Positions 28,101 through 41,804 of a stretch of 64,000 bases of DNA are shown one piece after another. The stretch is from NCBI GenBank assembly GCA_053919585.1, contig CM132797.1, one strand, 5' to 3'. Made by a program: the position numbers and the translations under genes. The notes beneath the pieces are model-generated. The model made no database searches, was not told the origin of the DNA, and saw nothing but the letters and a program-made list of their open reading frames with translations. Every line of letters starts with the position of its first letter. Within the stretch, counting starts at the first letter, position 1. This DNA comes from Euprymna scolopes (Eukaryota).

Positions 28101-31100
28101 TAATGAGTATAAATAATAAAAATATGAATATCACTCTTAGTAAAATCGATTAATGAGTATAAATAATAAAAATATGAATATCACTATTAGTAAAATCGAT
28201 TACTGAGTATAAATAATAAAAATATGAATATCACTATTAGTAAAATCGATTACTGAGTATAAATAATAAAAATATGAATATCACTATTAGTAAAATCGAT
28301 TACTGAGTATAAATAATAAAAATATGAATATCACTATTAGTAAAATCGATTAATGAGTATAAATAATAAAAATATGAATATCACTATTAGTAAAATCGAT
28401 TAATGAGTATAAATAATAAAAATATGAATATCACTATTAGTAAAATCGATTAATGAGTATAAATAATAAAAATATGAATATCACTATTAGTAAAATCGAT
28501 TAATGAGTATAAATAATAAAAATATGAATATCACTCTTAGTAAAATCGATTAATGAGTATAAATAATAAAAATATGAATATAACTATTAGTAAAATCGAT
28601 TAATGAGTATAAATAATAAAAATATGAATATCACTATTAGTAAAATCGATTACTGAGTATAAATAATAAAAAATATGAATATCACTATTAGTAAAATCGA
28701 TTAATGAGTATAAATAATAAAAATATGAATATCACTATTAGTAAAATCGATTACTGAGTATAAATAATAAAAATATGAATATCACTATTAGTAAAATCGA
28801 TTAATGAGTATAAATAATAAAAATATGAATATCACTATTAGTAAAATCGATTACTGAGTATAAATAATAAAAATATGAATATCACTATTAGTAAAATCGA
28901 TTAATGAGTATAAATAATAAAAATATGAATATCACTATTAGTAAAATCGATTAATGAGTATAAATAATAAAAATATGAATATCACTATTAGTAAAATCGA
29001 TTAATGAGTATAAATAATAAAAATATGAATATCACTATTAGTAAAATCGATTAATGAGTATAAATAATAAAAATATGAATATCACTATTAGTAAAATCGA
29101 TTAATGAGTATAAATAATAAAAATATGAATATCACTCTTAGTAAAATCGATTAATGAGTATAAATAATAAAAATATGAATATCACTATAAGTAAATTGAT
29201 TAATGAGTATAAATAATAAAAATATGAATATCACTCTTAGTAAAATCGATTAATGAGTATAAATAATAAAAATATGAATATCACTATTAGTAAAATCGAT
29301 TAATGAGTATAAATAATAAAAATATTAATATCACTATTAGTAAAATCGATTACTGAATATAAATAATAAAAATATGAATATCACTATTAGTAAAATCGAT
29401 TAATGAGTATAAATAATAAAAATATGAATATCACTATTAGTAAAATCGATTAATGAGTATAAATAATAAAAATATGAATATCACTATTAGTAAAATCGAT
29501 TAATGAGTATAAATAATAAAAATATGAATATCACTATTAGTAAAATCGATTAATGAGTATAAATAATAAAAATATGAATATCACTATTAGTAAAATCGAT
29601 TAATGAGTATAAATAATAAAAATATGAATATCACTATTAGTAAAATCGATTACTGAGTATAAATAATAAAAAATATGAATATCACTATTAGTAAAATCGA
29701 TTAATGAGTACAAATAATAAAAATATGAATATCACTATTAGTAAAATCGATTACTGAGTATAAATAATAAAAATATGAATATCACTATTAGTAAAATCGA
29801 TTAATGAGTATAAATAATAAAAATATGAATATCACTATTAGTAAAATCGATTACTGAGTATAAATAATAAAAATATGAATATCACTATTAGTAAAATCGA
29901 TTAATGAGTATAAATAATAAAAATATGAATATCACTATTAGTAAAATCGATTACTGAGTATAAATAATAAAAATATGAATATCACTATTAGTAAAATCGA
30001 TTAATGAGTATAAATAATAAAAATATGAATATCACTATTAGTAAAATCGATTAATGAGTATAAATAATAAAAATATGAATATCACTCTTAGTAAAATCGA
30101 TTAATGAGTATAAATAATAAAAATATCAATATCACTCTTAGTAAAATCGATTAATGAGTATAAATAATAAAAATATGAATATCACTATTAGTAAAATCGA
30201 TTAATGAGTATAAATAATAAAAATATGAATATCACTCTTAGTAAAATCGATTAATGAGTATAAATAATAAAAATATGAATATCACTATTAGCAAAATCGA
30301 TTAATGAGTATAAATAATAAAAATATGAATATCACTATTAGTAAAATCGATTACTGAGTATAAATAATAAAAATATGAATATCACTATTAGTAAAATCGA
30401 TTAATGAGTATAAATAATAAAAATATGAATATCACTATTAGTAAAATCGATTAATGAGTATAAATAATAAAAATATGAATATCACTATTAGTAAAATCGA
30501 TTAATGAGTATAAATAATAAAAATATGAATATCACTCTTAGTAAAATCGATTAATGAGTATAAATAATAAAAATATGAATATCACTATTAGTAAAATCGA
30601 TTAATGAGTATAAATAATAAAAATATGAATATCACTCTTAGTAAAATCGATTAATGAGTATAAATAATTAAAATATGAATATCACTATTAGTAAAATCGA
30701 TTAATGAGTATAAATAATAAAAATATGAACATCGCTATTAGTAAAATCGATTACTGAGTATAAATAATAAAAATATGAATATCACTATTAGTAAAATCGA
30801 TTACTGAGTATAAATAATAAAAATATGAATATCACTATTAGTAAAATCGATTAATGAGTATAAATAATAAAAATATGAATATCACTATTAGTAAAATCGA
30901 TTAATGAGTATAAATAATAAAAATATGAATATCACTATTAGTAAAATCGATAAATGAGTATAAATAATTAAAATATGAATATCACTATTAGTAAAATCGA
31001 TTAATGAGTATAAATAATAAAAATATGAATATCACTATTAGTAAAATCGATTAATGAGTATAAATAATAAAAATATGAATATCACTATTAGTAAAATCGA

Positions 31101-34100
31101 TTAATGAGTATAAATAATAAAAATATGAATATCACTATTAGTAAAATCGATTAATGAGTATAAATAATAAAAATATGAATATCACTCTTAGTAAAATCGA
31201 TTAATGAGTATAAATAATAAAAATATGAATATCACTATTAGTAAAATCGATTAATGAGTATAAATATTAAAAATATGAATATCACTATTAGTAAAATCGA
31301 TTACTGAGTATAAATAATAAAAAATATGAATATCACTATTAGTAAAATCGATTAATGAGTATAAATAATAAAAATATGAATATCACTATTAGTAAAATCG
31401 ATTACTGAGTATAAATAATAAAAATATGAATATCACTATTAGTAAAATCGATTAATGAGTATAAATAATAAAAATATGAATATCACTATTAGTAAAATCG
31501 ATTACTGAGTATAAATAATAAAAATATGAATATCACTATTAGTAAAATCGATTAATGAGTATAAATAATAAAAATATGAATATCACTATTAGTAAAATCG
31601 ATTACTGAGTATAAATAATAAAAATATGAATATCACTATTAGTAAAATCGATTAATGAGTATAAATAATAAAAATATGAATATCACTATTAGTAAAATCG
31701 ATTAATAAGTATAAATAATAAAAATATGAATATCACTATTAGTAAAATCGATTAATGAGTATAAATAATAAAAATATGAATATCACTCTTAGTAAAATCG
31801 ATTAATGAGTATAAATAATAAAAATATGAATATCACTATTAGTAAAATCGATTAATGAGTATAAATAATAAAAATATGAATATCACTCTTAGTAAAATCG
31901 ATTAATGAGTATAAATAATAAAAATATGAATATCACTATTAGTAAAATCGATTAATGAGTATAAATAATAAAAATATGAATATCACTATTAGTAAAATCG
32001 ATTACTGAATATAAATAATAAAAATATGAATATCACTATTGGTAAAATCGATTAATGAGTATAAATAATAAAAATATGAATATCACTATTAGTAAAATCG
32101 ATTAATGAGTATAAATAATAAAAATATGAATATCACTATTAGTAAAATCGATTAATGAGTATAAATAATAAAAATATGAATATCACTATTAGTAAAATCG
32201 ATTACTGAGTATAAATAATAAAAATATGAATATCACTATTAGTAAAATCGATTAATGAGTATAAATAATAAAAATATGAATATCACTATTAGTAAAATCG
32301 ATTAATGAGTATAAATAATAAAAATATGAATATCACTATTAGTAAAATCGATTAATGAGTATAAATAATAAAAATATGAATATCACTATTAGTAAAATCG
32401 ATTAATGAGTATAAATAATAAAAATATGAATATCACTCTTAGTAAAATCGATTAATGAGTATAAATAATAAAAATATGAATATCACTATTAGTAAAATCG
32501 ATTAATGAGTATAAATAATAAAAATATGAATATCACTATTAGTAAAATCGATTACTGAGTATAAATAATAAAAAATATGAATATCACTATTAGTAAAATC
32601 GATTAATGAGTATAAATAATAAAAATATGAATATCACTATTAGTAAAATCGATTACTGAGTATAAATAATAAAAATATGAATATCACTATTAGTAAAATC
32701 GATTAATGAGTATAAATAATAAAAATATGAATATCACTATTAGTAAAATCGATTACTGAGTATAAATAATAAAAATATGAATATCACTATTAGTAAAATC
32801 GATTAATGAGTATAAATAATAAAAATATGAATATCACTATTAGTAAAATCGATTACTGAGTATAAATAATAAAAATATGAATATCACTATTAGTAAAATC
32901 GATTAATGAGTATAAATAATAAAAATATGAATATCACTATTAGTAAAATCGATTAATGAGTATAAATAATAAAAATATGAATATCACTCTTAGTAAAATC
33001 GATTAATGAGTATAAAAAATAAATATATCAATATCACTCTTAGTAAAATCGATTAATGAGTATAAATAATAAAAATATGAATATCACTATTAGTTAAATC
33101 GATTAATGAGTATAAATAATAAAAATATGAATATCACTCTTAGTAAAATCGATTAATGAGTATAAATAATAAAAATATGAATATCACTATTAGCAAAATC
33201 GATTAATGAGTATAAATAATAAAAATATGAATATCACTATTAGTAAAATCGATTACTGAGTATAAATAATAAAAATATGAATATCACTATTAGTAAAATC
33301 GATTAATGAGTATAAATAATAAAAATATGAATATCACTATTAGTAAAATCGATTAATGAGTATAAATAATAAAAATATGAATATCACTATTAGTAAAATC
33401 GATTAATGAGTATAAATAATAAAAATATGAATATCACTCTTAGTAAAATCGATTTATGAGTATAAATAATAAAAATATGAATATCACTATTAGTAAAATC
33501 GATTTATGAGTATAAATAATAAAAATATGAATATCACTATTAGTAAAATCGATTAATGAGTATAAATAATAAAAATATGAATATCACTCTTAGTAAAATC
33601 GATTAATGAGTATAAATAATAAAAATATGAATATCACTATTAGTAAAATCGATTAATGAGTATAAATAATAAAAATATGAATATCACTATTAGTAAAATC
33701 GATTAATGAGTATAAATAATAAAAATATGAATATCACTATTAGTAAAATCGATTACTGAGTATAAATAATAAAAATATGAATATCACTATTAGTAAAATC
33801 GATTAATGAGTATAAATAATAAAAATATGAATATCACTATTATTAAAATCGATTAATGATTATAAATAATAAAAATATGAATATCACTCTTAGTAAAATC
33901 GATTAATGAGTATAAATAATAAAAATATGAATATCACTATTAGTAAAATCGATTAATTAGTATAAATAATAAAAATATGAACATCACTATTAGTAAAATC
34001 GATTACTGAGTATAAATAATAAAAATATGAATATCACTATTAGTAAAATCGATTACTGAGTATAAATAATAAAAATATGAATATCACTATTAGTAAAATC

Positions 34101-37100
34101 GATTAATGAGTATAAATAATAAAAATATGAATATCACTATTAGTAAAATCGATTAATGAGTATAAATAATAAAAATATGAATATCACTATTAGTAAAATC
34201 GATTAATGAGTATAAATAATTAAAATATGAATATCACTATTAGTAAAATCGATTAATGAGTATAAATAATAAAAATATGAATATCACTCTTAGTAAAATC
34301 GATTAATGAGTATAAATAATAAAAATATGAATATCACTATTAGTAAAATCGATTAATGAGTATAAATAATAAAAATATGAATATCACTATTAGTAAAATC
34401 GATTACTGAGTATAAATAATAAAAATATGAATATCACTATTAGTAAAATCGATTACTGAGTATAAATAATAAAAATATGAATATCACTATTAGTAAAATC
34501 GATTAATGAGTATAAATAATAAAAATATGAATATCACTATTAGTAAAATCGATTAATGAGTATAAATAATAAAAATATGAATATCAATATTAGTAAAATC
34601 GATTAATGAGTATAAATAATAAAAATATGAATATCACTATTAGTAAAATCGATTAATGAGTATAAATAATAAAAATATGAATATCACTATTAGTAAAATC
34701 GATTAATGAGTATAAATAATAAAAATATGAATATCACTATTAGTAAAATCGATTAATGAGTATAAATAATAAAAATATGAATATCACTATTAGTAAAATC
34801 GATTAATGAGTATAAATAATAAAAATATGAATATCACTCTTAGTAAAATCGATTAATGAGTATAAATAATAAAAATATGAATATCACTCTTAGTAAAATC
34901 GATTAATGAGTATAAATAATAAAAATATGAATATCACTATTAGTAAAATCGATTAATGAGTATAAATAATAAAAATATGAATATCACTATTAGTAAAATC
35001 GATTAATGAGTATAAATAATAAAAATATGAATATCACTATTAGTAAAATCGATTAATGAGTATAAATAATAAAAATATGAATATCACTATTAGTAAAATC
35101 GATTAATGAGTATAAATAATAAAAATATGAATATCACTATTAGTAAAATCGATTAATGAGTATAAATAATAAAAATATGAATACCACTATTAGTAAAATC
35201 GATTAATGAGTATAAATAATAAAAATATGAATATCACTATTAGTAAAATCGATTAATGAGTATAAATAATAAAAATATGAATATCACTATTAGTAAAATC
35301 GATTAATGAGTATAAATAATAAAAATATGAATATCACTATTAGTAAAATAGATTACTGAGTATAAATAATAAAAATATGAATATCACTATTAGTAAAATC
35401 GATTACTGAGTATAAATAATAAAAATATGAATATCACTATTAGTAAAATCGATTACTGAGTATAAATAATAAAAATATGAATATCACTATTAGTAAAATC
35501 GATTAATGAGTATAAATAATAAAAATATGGATATCACTATTAGTAAAATCGATTAATGAGTATAAATAATAAAAATATGAATATCACTATTAGTAAAATC
35601 GATTAATGAGTATAAATAATAAAAATATGAATATCACTATTAGTAAAATCGATTAATGAGTATAAATAATAAAAATATGAATATCACTATTAGTAAAATC
35701 GATTACTGAGTATAAATAATAAAAATATGAATATCACTATTAGTAAAATCGATTAATGAGTATAAATAATAAAAATATGAATATCACTATTAGTAAAATC
35801 GATTAATGAGTATAAATAATAAAAATATGAATATCACTCTTAGTAAAATCGATTAATGAGTATAAATAATAAAAATATTAATATCACTATTAGTAAAATC
35901 GATTAATGAGTATAAATAATAAAAATATCAATATCACTATTAGTAAAATCGATCCAAATAATCAACGATGTAATCTGTTTATGAATGTTTCCAAAATATG
36001 GATCATATTATTTGCCGGCATTTCAATCAAAATGAAATAGAAAGACACATTTTGCCATAACATCGCTTGTATTAATTGAAATTATTTGTTATATTCGCGG
36101 GGATCACATTTTTTTTTAATAAAGCTATATTGTTGTTTTCTTTAGGGCGAACATTTTATCATTCGACCCTCTATATATAGAATATAATTGAAGATTTCCT
36201 ACAATAATATTGTAAATACAAAAGTTTGTTACCTTTAAATGTGATAGCTCTTTTCTGTTTTTCTAGCCATAGTTTATCCGGCACCGCCAATGAGGTTTCG
36301 ATCGAAGTATAACCGTTGCGAGATACCTTCCGTTTCACTTTGTATTTCCTAAAAATACAATTGTAAAATAATAAATTACAGAAAATATATAATTTATTTC
36401 AATAAAAATCCCGAAGCAGAGGCATAGATTCTATTCTGAGAACATTGTTATAATGTTAAAGGTCTACATATTAGAGAAGAAGGCTTTTCGGCATCTAGAG
36501 ATCTCAACAATGAAGGGTAAGATTTTGCTGCTTGTCGGGTTAGTCGAGGGTATTACTTCGAGGGGTCACAAGTGTGATGAGTTGATCAAAGCATATTTCA
36601 TAACTATATGTGTAAAACAATATATTGCGACGATGGGACATATGTTAAAGCTTGGTCGACAGTGCGGGGCTCTGTGAAAGTTGAGACTATTCTAAACCTG
36701 TCTAAAAGTGAGACTTGTGGTATATGCATCAACCTAGATGTGTCAGCAATATCACATGCATGTAAAACTGTGACTTCGTAAAAGATATAGAATGCTCTCT
36801 TGTGTATGTCATATTCCAGCACGCTAGAGAGAACCAACATCATTACAGCAGTATTTGTAACGTCCTCAATTTTTAAATTCCAAATCATATTGCCTGCGAA
36901 TGTTAGACCGAGGCGCCTGACAACATGCGCTCTTGGTTAGGGTGTTATTCGTCATGGCAATCGTGATTGAGAAGATTATTCGTAAAGAAAAAGAAATTAG
37001 TTGCTGCATCAAATGTTATCAACCATTTATGGCACCATTTCCAATAGAGTCTGAAGCTCGTTTTCTAGGGTTTCTGCCATTACCTTGGATATGTGTACAT

Positions 37101-38472
37101 TCATTTTTCCTACATATCTGTAGTGTCATCAGCAAATGTATCTCAGACACAATCAAATCAAGGAGGTCGTTTATGAATATCTTGGATAATAACATTCCAA
37201 GGATCGACCTCGGGACATACCGGCATTAATATCATGTTGTTTAGATGTACGGCCATTGAGAACAACCTGGATAATTTTCTTATATAGAAAAGATTTGATT
37301 ATATCGCGTATTCGTCCAGAAATTTCATATGATTAAATTTGCATGAGAAGTCTTCCATGCCAGACCTTGTCATCCAGTTGATGGTATATCCGTTCAGAGA
37401 TAACAACTAAAATATTTGCAGTAGAATAGGTTTGCTTAAATCCATATTGCTAGTTAGAAAAAAGCTTAGGATTTACAAGATAGTGGACTAGTAATTCATT
37501 GATTAAAGACTAGCAAAGAACGGAAAAAGACTGAAGAGACTAATATTGAGCGAGACTTCTTGAATACTAATATAACGGAAGCAATTTTCCAGCTATCAGG
37601 GAAGAAAGATTCGGTTGGGCATTCATTGAATCGTTTAGGGAGGGCAGGGGATGGATCAGCAGAACATTTCATTATTAAACCAGACCCATACGCTTTGAAG
37701 ATGTCTTTTTATGATAACACGGATATGGGAAGGTGTGATTTTATATGTACGAGTGTATCTTCTGTCTGTAACGGGGGATTTGGAAGGGAGCGGTTTGAGC
37801 TTCACAATCAAGGAAAATGACGACGTAACAGCAAAAACCAAACGTAATATAACAGACGGGAAACAATTAAACGCGAACTTACAGATTCGTCTATCCAAAC
37901 ACCGACATGAAAGATGGTTTGCCCTACATCACACAAAGGTATTTATGAATTTAATTGCTAGTGTGCTGCCAACTATGTTGGTTGACCCTCCTTACATTTG
38001 TAAACCCGCCTTAACCAACATATCCCATCAAAAATTATACTGAGTAAGTCATTTTCCACCTTGGAATCTGCTATTGGTGAACATCTTGAAAATTCAGCGT
38101 GTGCCAAATGGCTATAAAATGGAATACTTTAGAGTTCTACACTAGACTGACTATAAAAATCATTTAAGGATTTTAGAATCAGTCTCGATTCTCTTGCATA
38201 AATCTTCTCTCTGTCGACAGAAATTATTCATTAAACCATTATACTTATTCGGGGATACATACTCAACCCCTTATTATATGTACATATATTTTATATAATT
38301 GTACATATTCATATTCCCATTCGAATAGTTATCTTTTTTCTTCCGCCGCGATAAAAAAATTATACGCACATCTCCGCAGTCGTTGCCCTTTACGTAATAT
38401 GTTTTTTTTTTTTTTTTAATTTGTATCCAACAATTAACTCTTGAGGAGTTTGTTGGCGAAGGCGATCTCTAG

Positions 38473-38535
<63 letters not shown>

Positions 38536-41500
38536 TAAACACTATTTCTATTTAATTTCTAGTAAATGACCGAGTTAAATGTCAGTATGATATTTTTAAT
38601 GAGTTGCATGCTAAAATTTTTAATGAGCTACATGCTAAAAAATTTTATTTTCCTGCATACTAAAATTTTTAATTTTCCCGCATGCTAAAATTACAAATTT
38701 GTGTTTTAAACTTTATTTCTTCAGTAAATCTTTTAAAAATTCTAGAAGGATAACCTAGAAGATGGAAAATCATAAATGCAGCTCCATCCATTCATACATA
38801 ACTAGAAAATTAAAACCTTGGGAATTAAATAAATAAATATTTAAAAAGGAAATTAAGAAAAAAAAAATAAACATTCGTATTTTCACTCCAAACAATCGCA
38901 AATTCAATACATTTTTGGCCAGAAAAGAAAATTTAACTGTTGGCGATTTTTTCATTACGGATTTTGAAGGCAATCGGTATTTTCGCCAATTAGTTTGGAT
39001 TTGTGGTAAAGGACTTCATTGACACTGAGAGTTTGTTTTCTTTGCGCAGTTCTCCTATTGCCTTCTTCCTTTCTTCTTACATATTACCTTTCTAGTTGCT
39101 AGCATCATTTAAAAACAGTGTAGGGCGATCGTCTGACCACCTTGAAAGAATGGATGCGAGTTCTTGGTTTAGTAGATGTAGAACAATCGTGTTTATTGTT
39201 TTATTATATTTTCTTGTTATTGCATATTTACGCATTGTCTTTCCCTACGTTTACAAGTCCCAATTAATAGAAACCTCTTAACGAGATTATTTCTTAAGCA
39301 AACATACTTCTTTTTTTACTTACCTTCACCCCAAACAAGGCACATTGCCACTTGGACGTAAGGGGCTTTACGTTACATTTGAAATTGTGAATGTCAGTAC
39401 AGTTTGGAAAGCAGGTAGCAGGAAGAGAACTCCAAAGTCTAGCCGTTCTAGGGAAGAGGCTGTTAGAGTAGAATTCTTTCTGACATTTAGGGACCTCAAC
39501 AGTAAAGGGGTGTGATTTTGTTGCTAAGCAGGTTTGTTAGGGATATGTATGTCGAGGGAGGATAAGTGCAATGAGTTCATCGGAGCAAATTCCATAAAAA
39601 TACTCGTAAAACAGACACAGGATGCAACATTGTGGCAATGGGACAGGGGTTGGAACCTAGCTGACAAAGTGGGAACGATTTTCTGGACTCTATCCAAGAG
39701 GGAGAGGCTAGTTGTAGATGCACCAGCTCAAATGTGGCAACAATACTACATACATGGGTGAATGATGGCCTTGTAAAGGTACAGGATACTCTCAGGTGTG
39801 AGTAGTCTTTTAGCACGATAGAGGGAGCCTACCGTTTTCGCAGCAACCTTAACATTAGTAATATATAAAAATCACAAAATACTGATCTTACACGTCCCCT
39901 AAATGTCTCCAGACTATTTTGTATAGAAATTTTTATTGATAGTACATACATGAAGGTCTAGACTCCTTCGAAGTGATCTCCTCCGGCTGCAATGCACTTG
40001 TTTTACTCTTCCAACAACTTATGGAACGCCCTATTAGGAAATTCTCTTGGGTGAGCATGTCAATGACCCTCGTCACAGCCTCTTTCATATCCTTAATTGT
40101 CTCATAAAGACAGCCTCTAAAGTTTTTCTTGAGCTTAGGGAATAACCAAAACGTCACAGAGAGTAAAATCTGAACTACAGGGCGGATAAGGAACTCCCTT
40201 GATGCCCGTCTTGCTCAAATACTCCGTGATCTTTTCTGAGCACCTTTGGAACAAACTTCGTGAAAATCTTCTGCAGCATCTTAATTTCCTCGTGAATAAT
40301 TGTGCGCACAGTTCTCACACTGACATAAAACTGTGCATTTAATGTCTCCATAAACACACGACGGTTCTTATCCATGACGGTTCTTAATTTGATCCATCAG
40401 CTTTGGTGTTCTGACATCATTACTCCTCCCACACCTCTCATTATTACTCCTAGACTCCCTGCCTTCCTTGAATCTCTTATGTAACTCAGCGGCATTTGTT
40501 CGGTTTTGAAAAAAAACAATTAGTACATGGTGAGTCAGGGTCCGTTGTTTTAGTCAGGAATTTAGGCCAAGCACAAAGTATCTCAAGCATTCCCTTATAT
40601 TGTAACTCTGCGTCTGGCTAATTTTGTTTTAAAAATAGTTGAATGCAGTATTATTAAGTGTTGTTCATATGATTAGCTCAAGAAAAAGATAAAATGTTAA
40701 GGTACAATTCAAAATGATATTAGAAATTAATATTAGAATTGGATGTACGATCATTGAATATTTGAAAGTAAGATATAAGCTATCAAATATCCAGTATACA
40801 TGATTTGGTTAAGGTAGCAAGATGGCTATATTTTTAATAGATATGAGCAATTGAGGAATTGTAGATATTAAGTATACTACTTAAATAAAGTTCTTCTGCA
40901 CTCTATCGTAGAAAGAATAAATCCCCGTTTTTGTTAAATTCAGAAATGTATTTTGCAGAAACGTTTTTAACACTTGTTTTTCTTGTATTAATTTTGCTTA
41001 GAAGAACTGTCTCGTACTGATGTTAAAAATATCTGCTTTAGTGGTTCACAAAGGGGTGATTAGGGTATTGAATTAGTTCAAAGCATTTTCAGTCAACTGT
41101 ATGTCAGTTAGAATATGGAAAATCATTTTGGCAATGATTTTCCCCGTTTGGAGGAGGGTGGTGACGAAATTCAATTTTAGACAAGAGAAAATAAGCAAGA
41201 CAAAAACAAATTAAAAAAAATAAAGACGAAATAAGTAAGAATAAGAAAAGATTTAAAAAAATAAGGAGTCAACGTGTTCACATTTGTTTAAGAACTGAAC
41301 TTTTAAATAAAATAAAATGACAGTTCAATCAAAAATTACAATTAAACCTGACTCAAACTCAAACAAAACCAACTTGCCTCGTCCCTTGAGGCTGCATTTA
41401 CGAATATCGGTGAGATTAAAACTAATTTAGATAATGTTGAATCATTTCTCCTAGCAAACACCCCGGATATCTTAGCACTACACTCCTCCGCTCCCTCCAA

Positions 41501-41750
41501 CCACTTTAACATGTCTGGTTATCTCCCACTTTGCCGTAAGGACTCAGACAGACATATACACGGACTTGAGGTCTATATTCGAAACGCCCTTCCCTTGTAT
41601 AGAGAAACAAAACTAGAATCAAACAACCAGGCTTTAATGTGATTTAGATTTAACATGCAACATAACATAAGCTACTTATATTTTCTTTACCGCTCTCCCT
41701 AGACTGAGGACTTTACCCTAATCAACAAAGTCTTTCACAACATAGATAAG

Positions 41751-41804
<54 letters not shown>

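Noticed and set aside
26840-35953. CRISPR array or coding repeat
   Set aside because: Units are head-to-tail with no unique spacers, there are no cas genes, the context is a eukaryotic intron, and there is no ORF.
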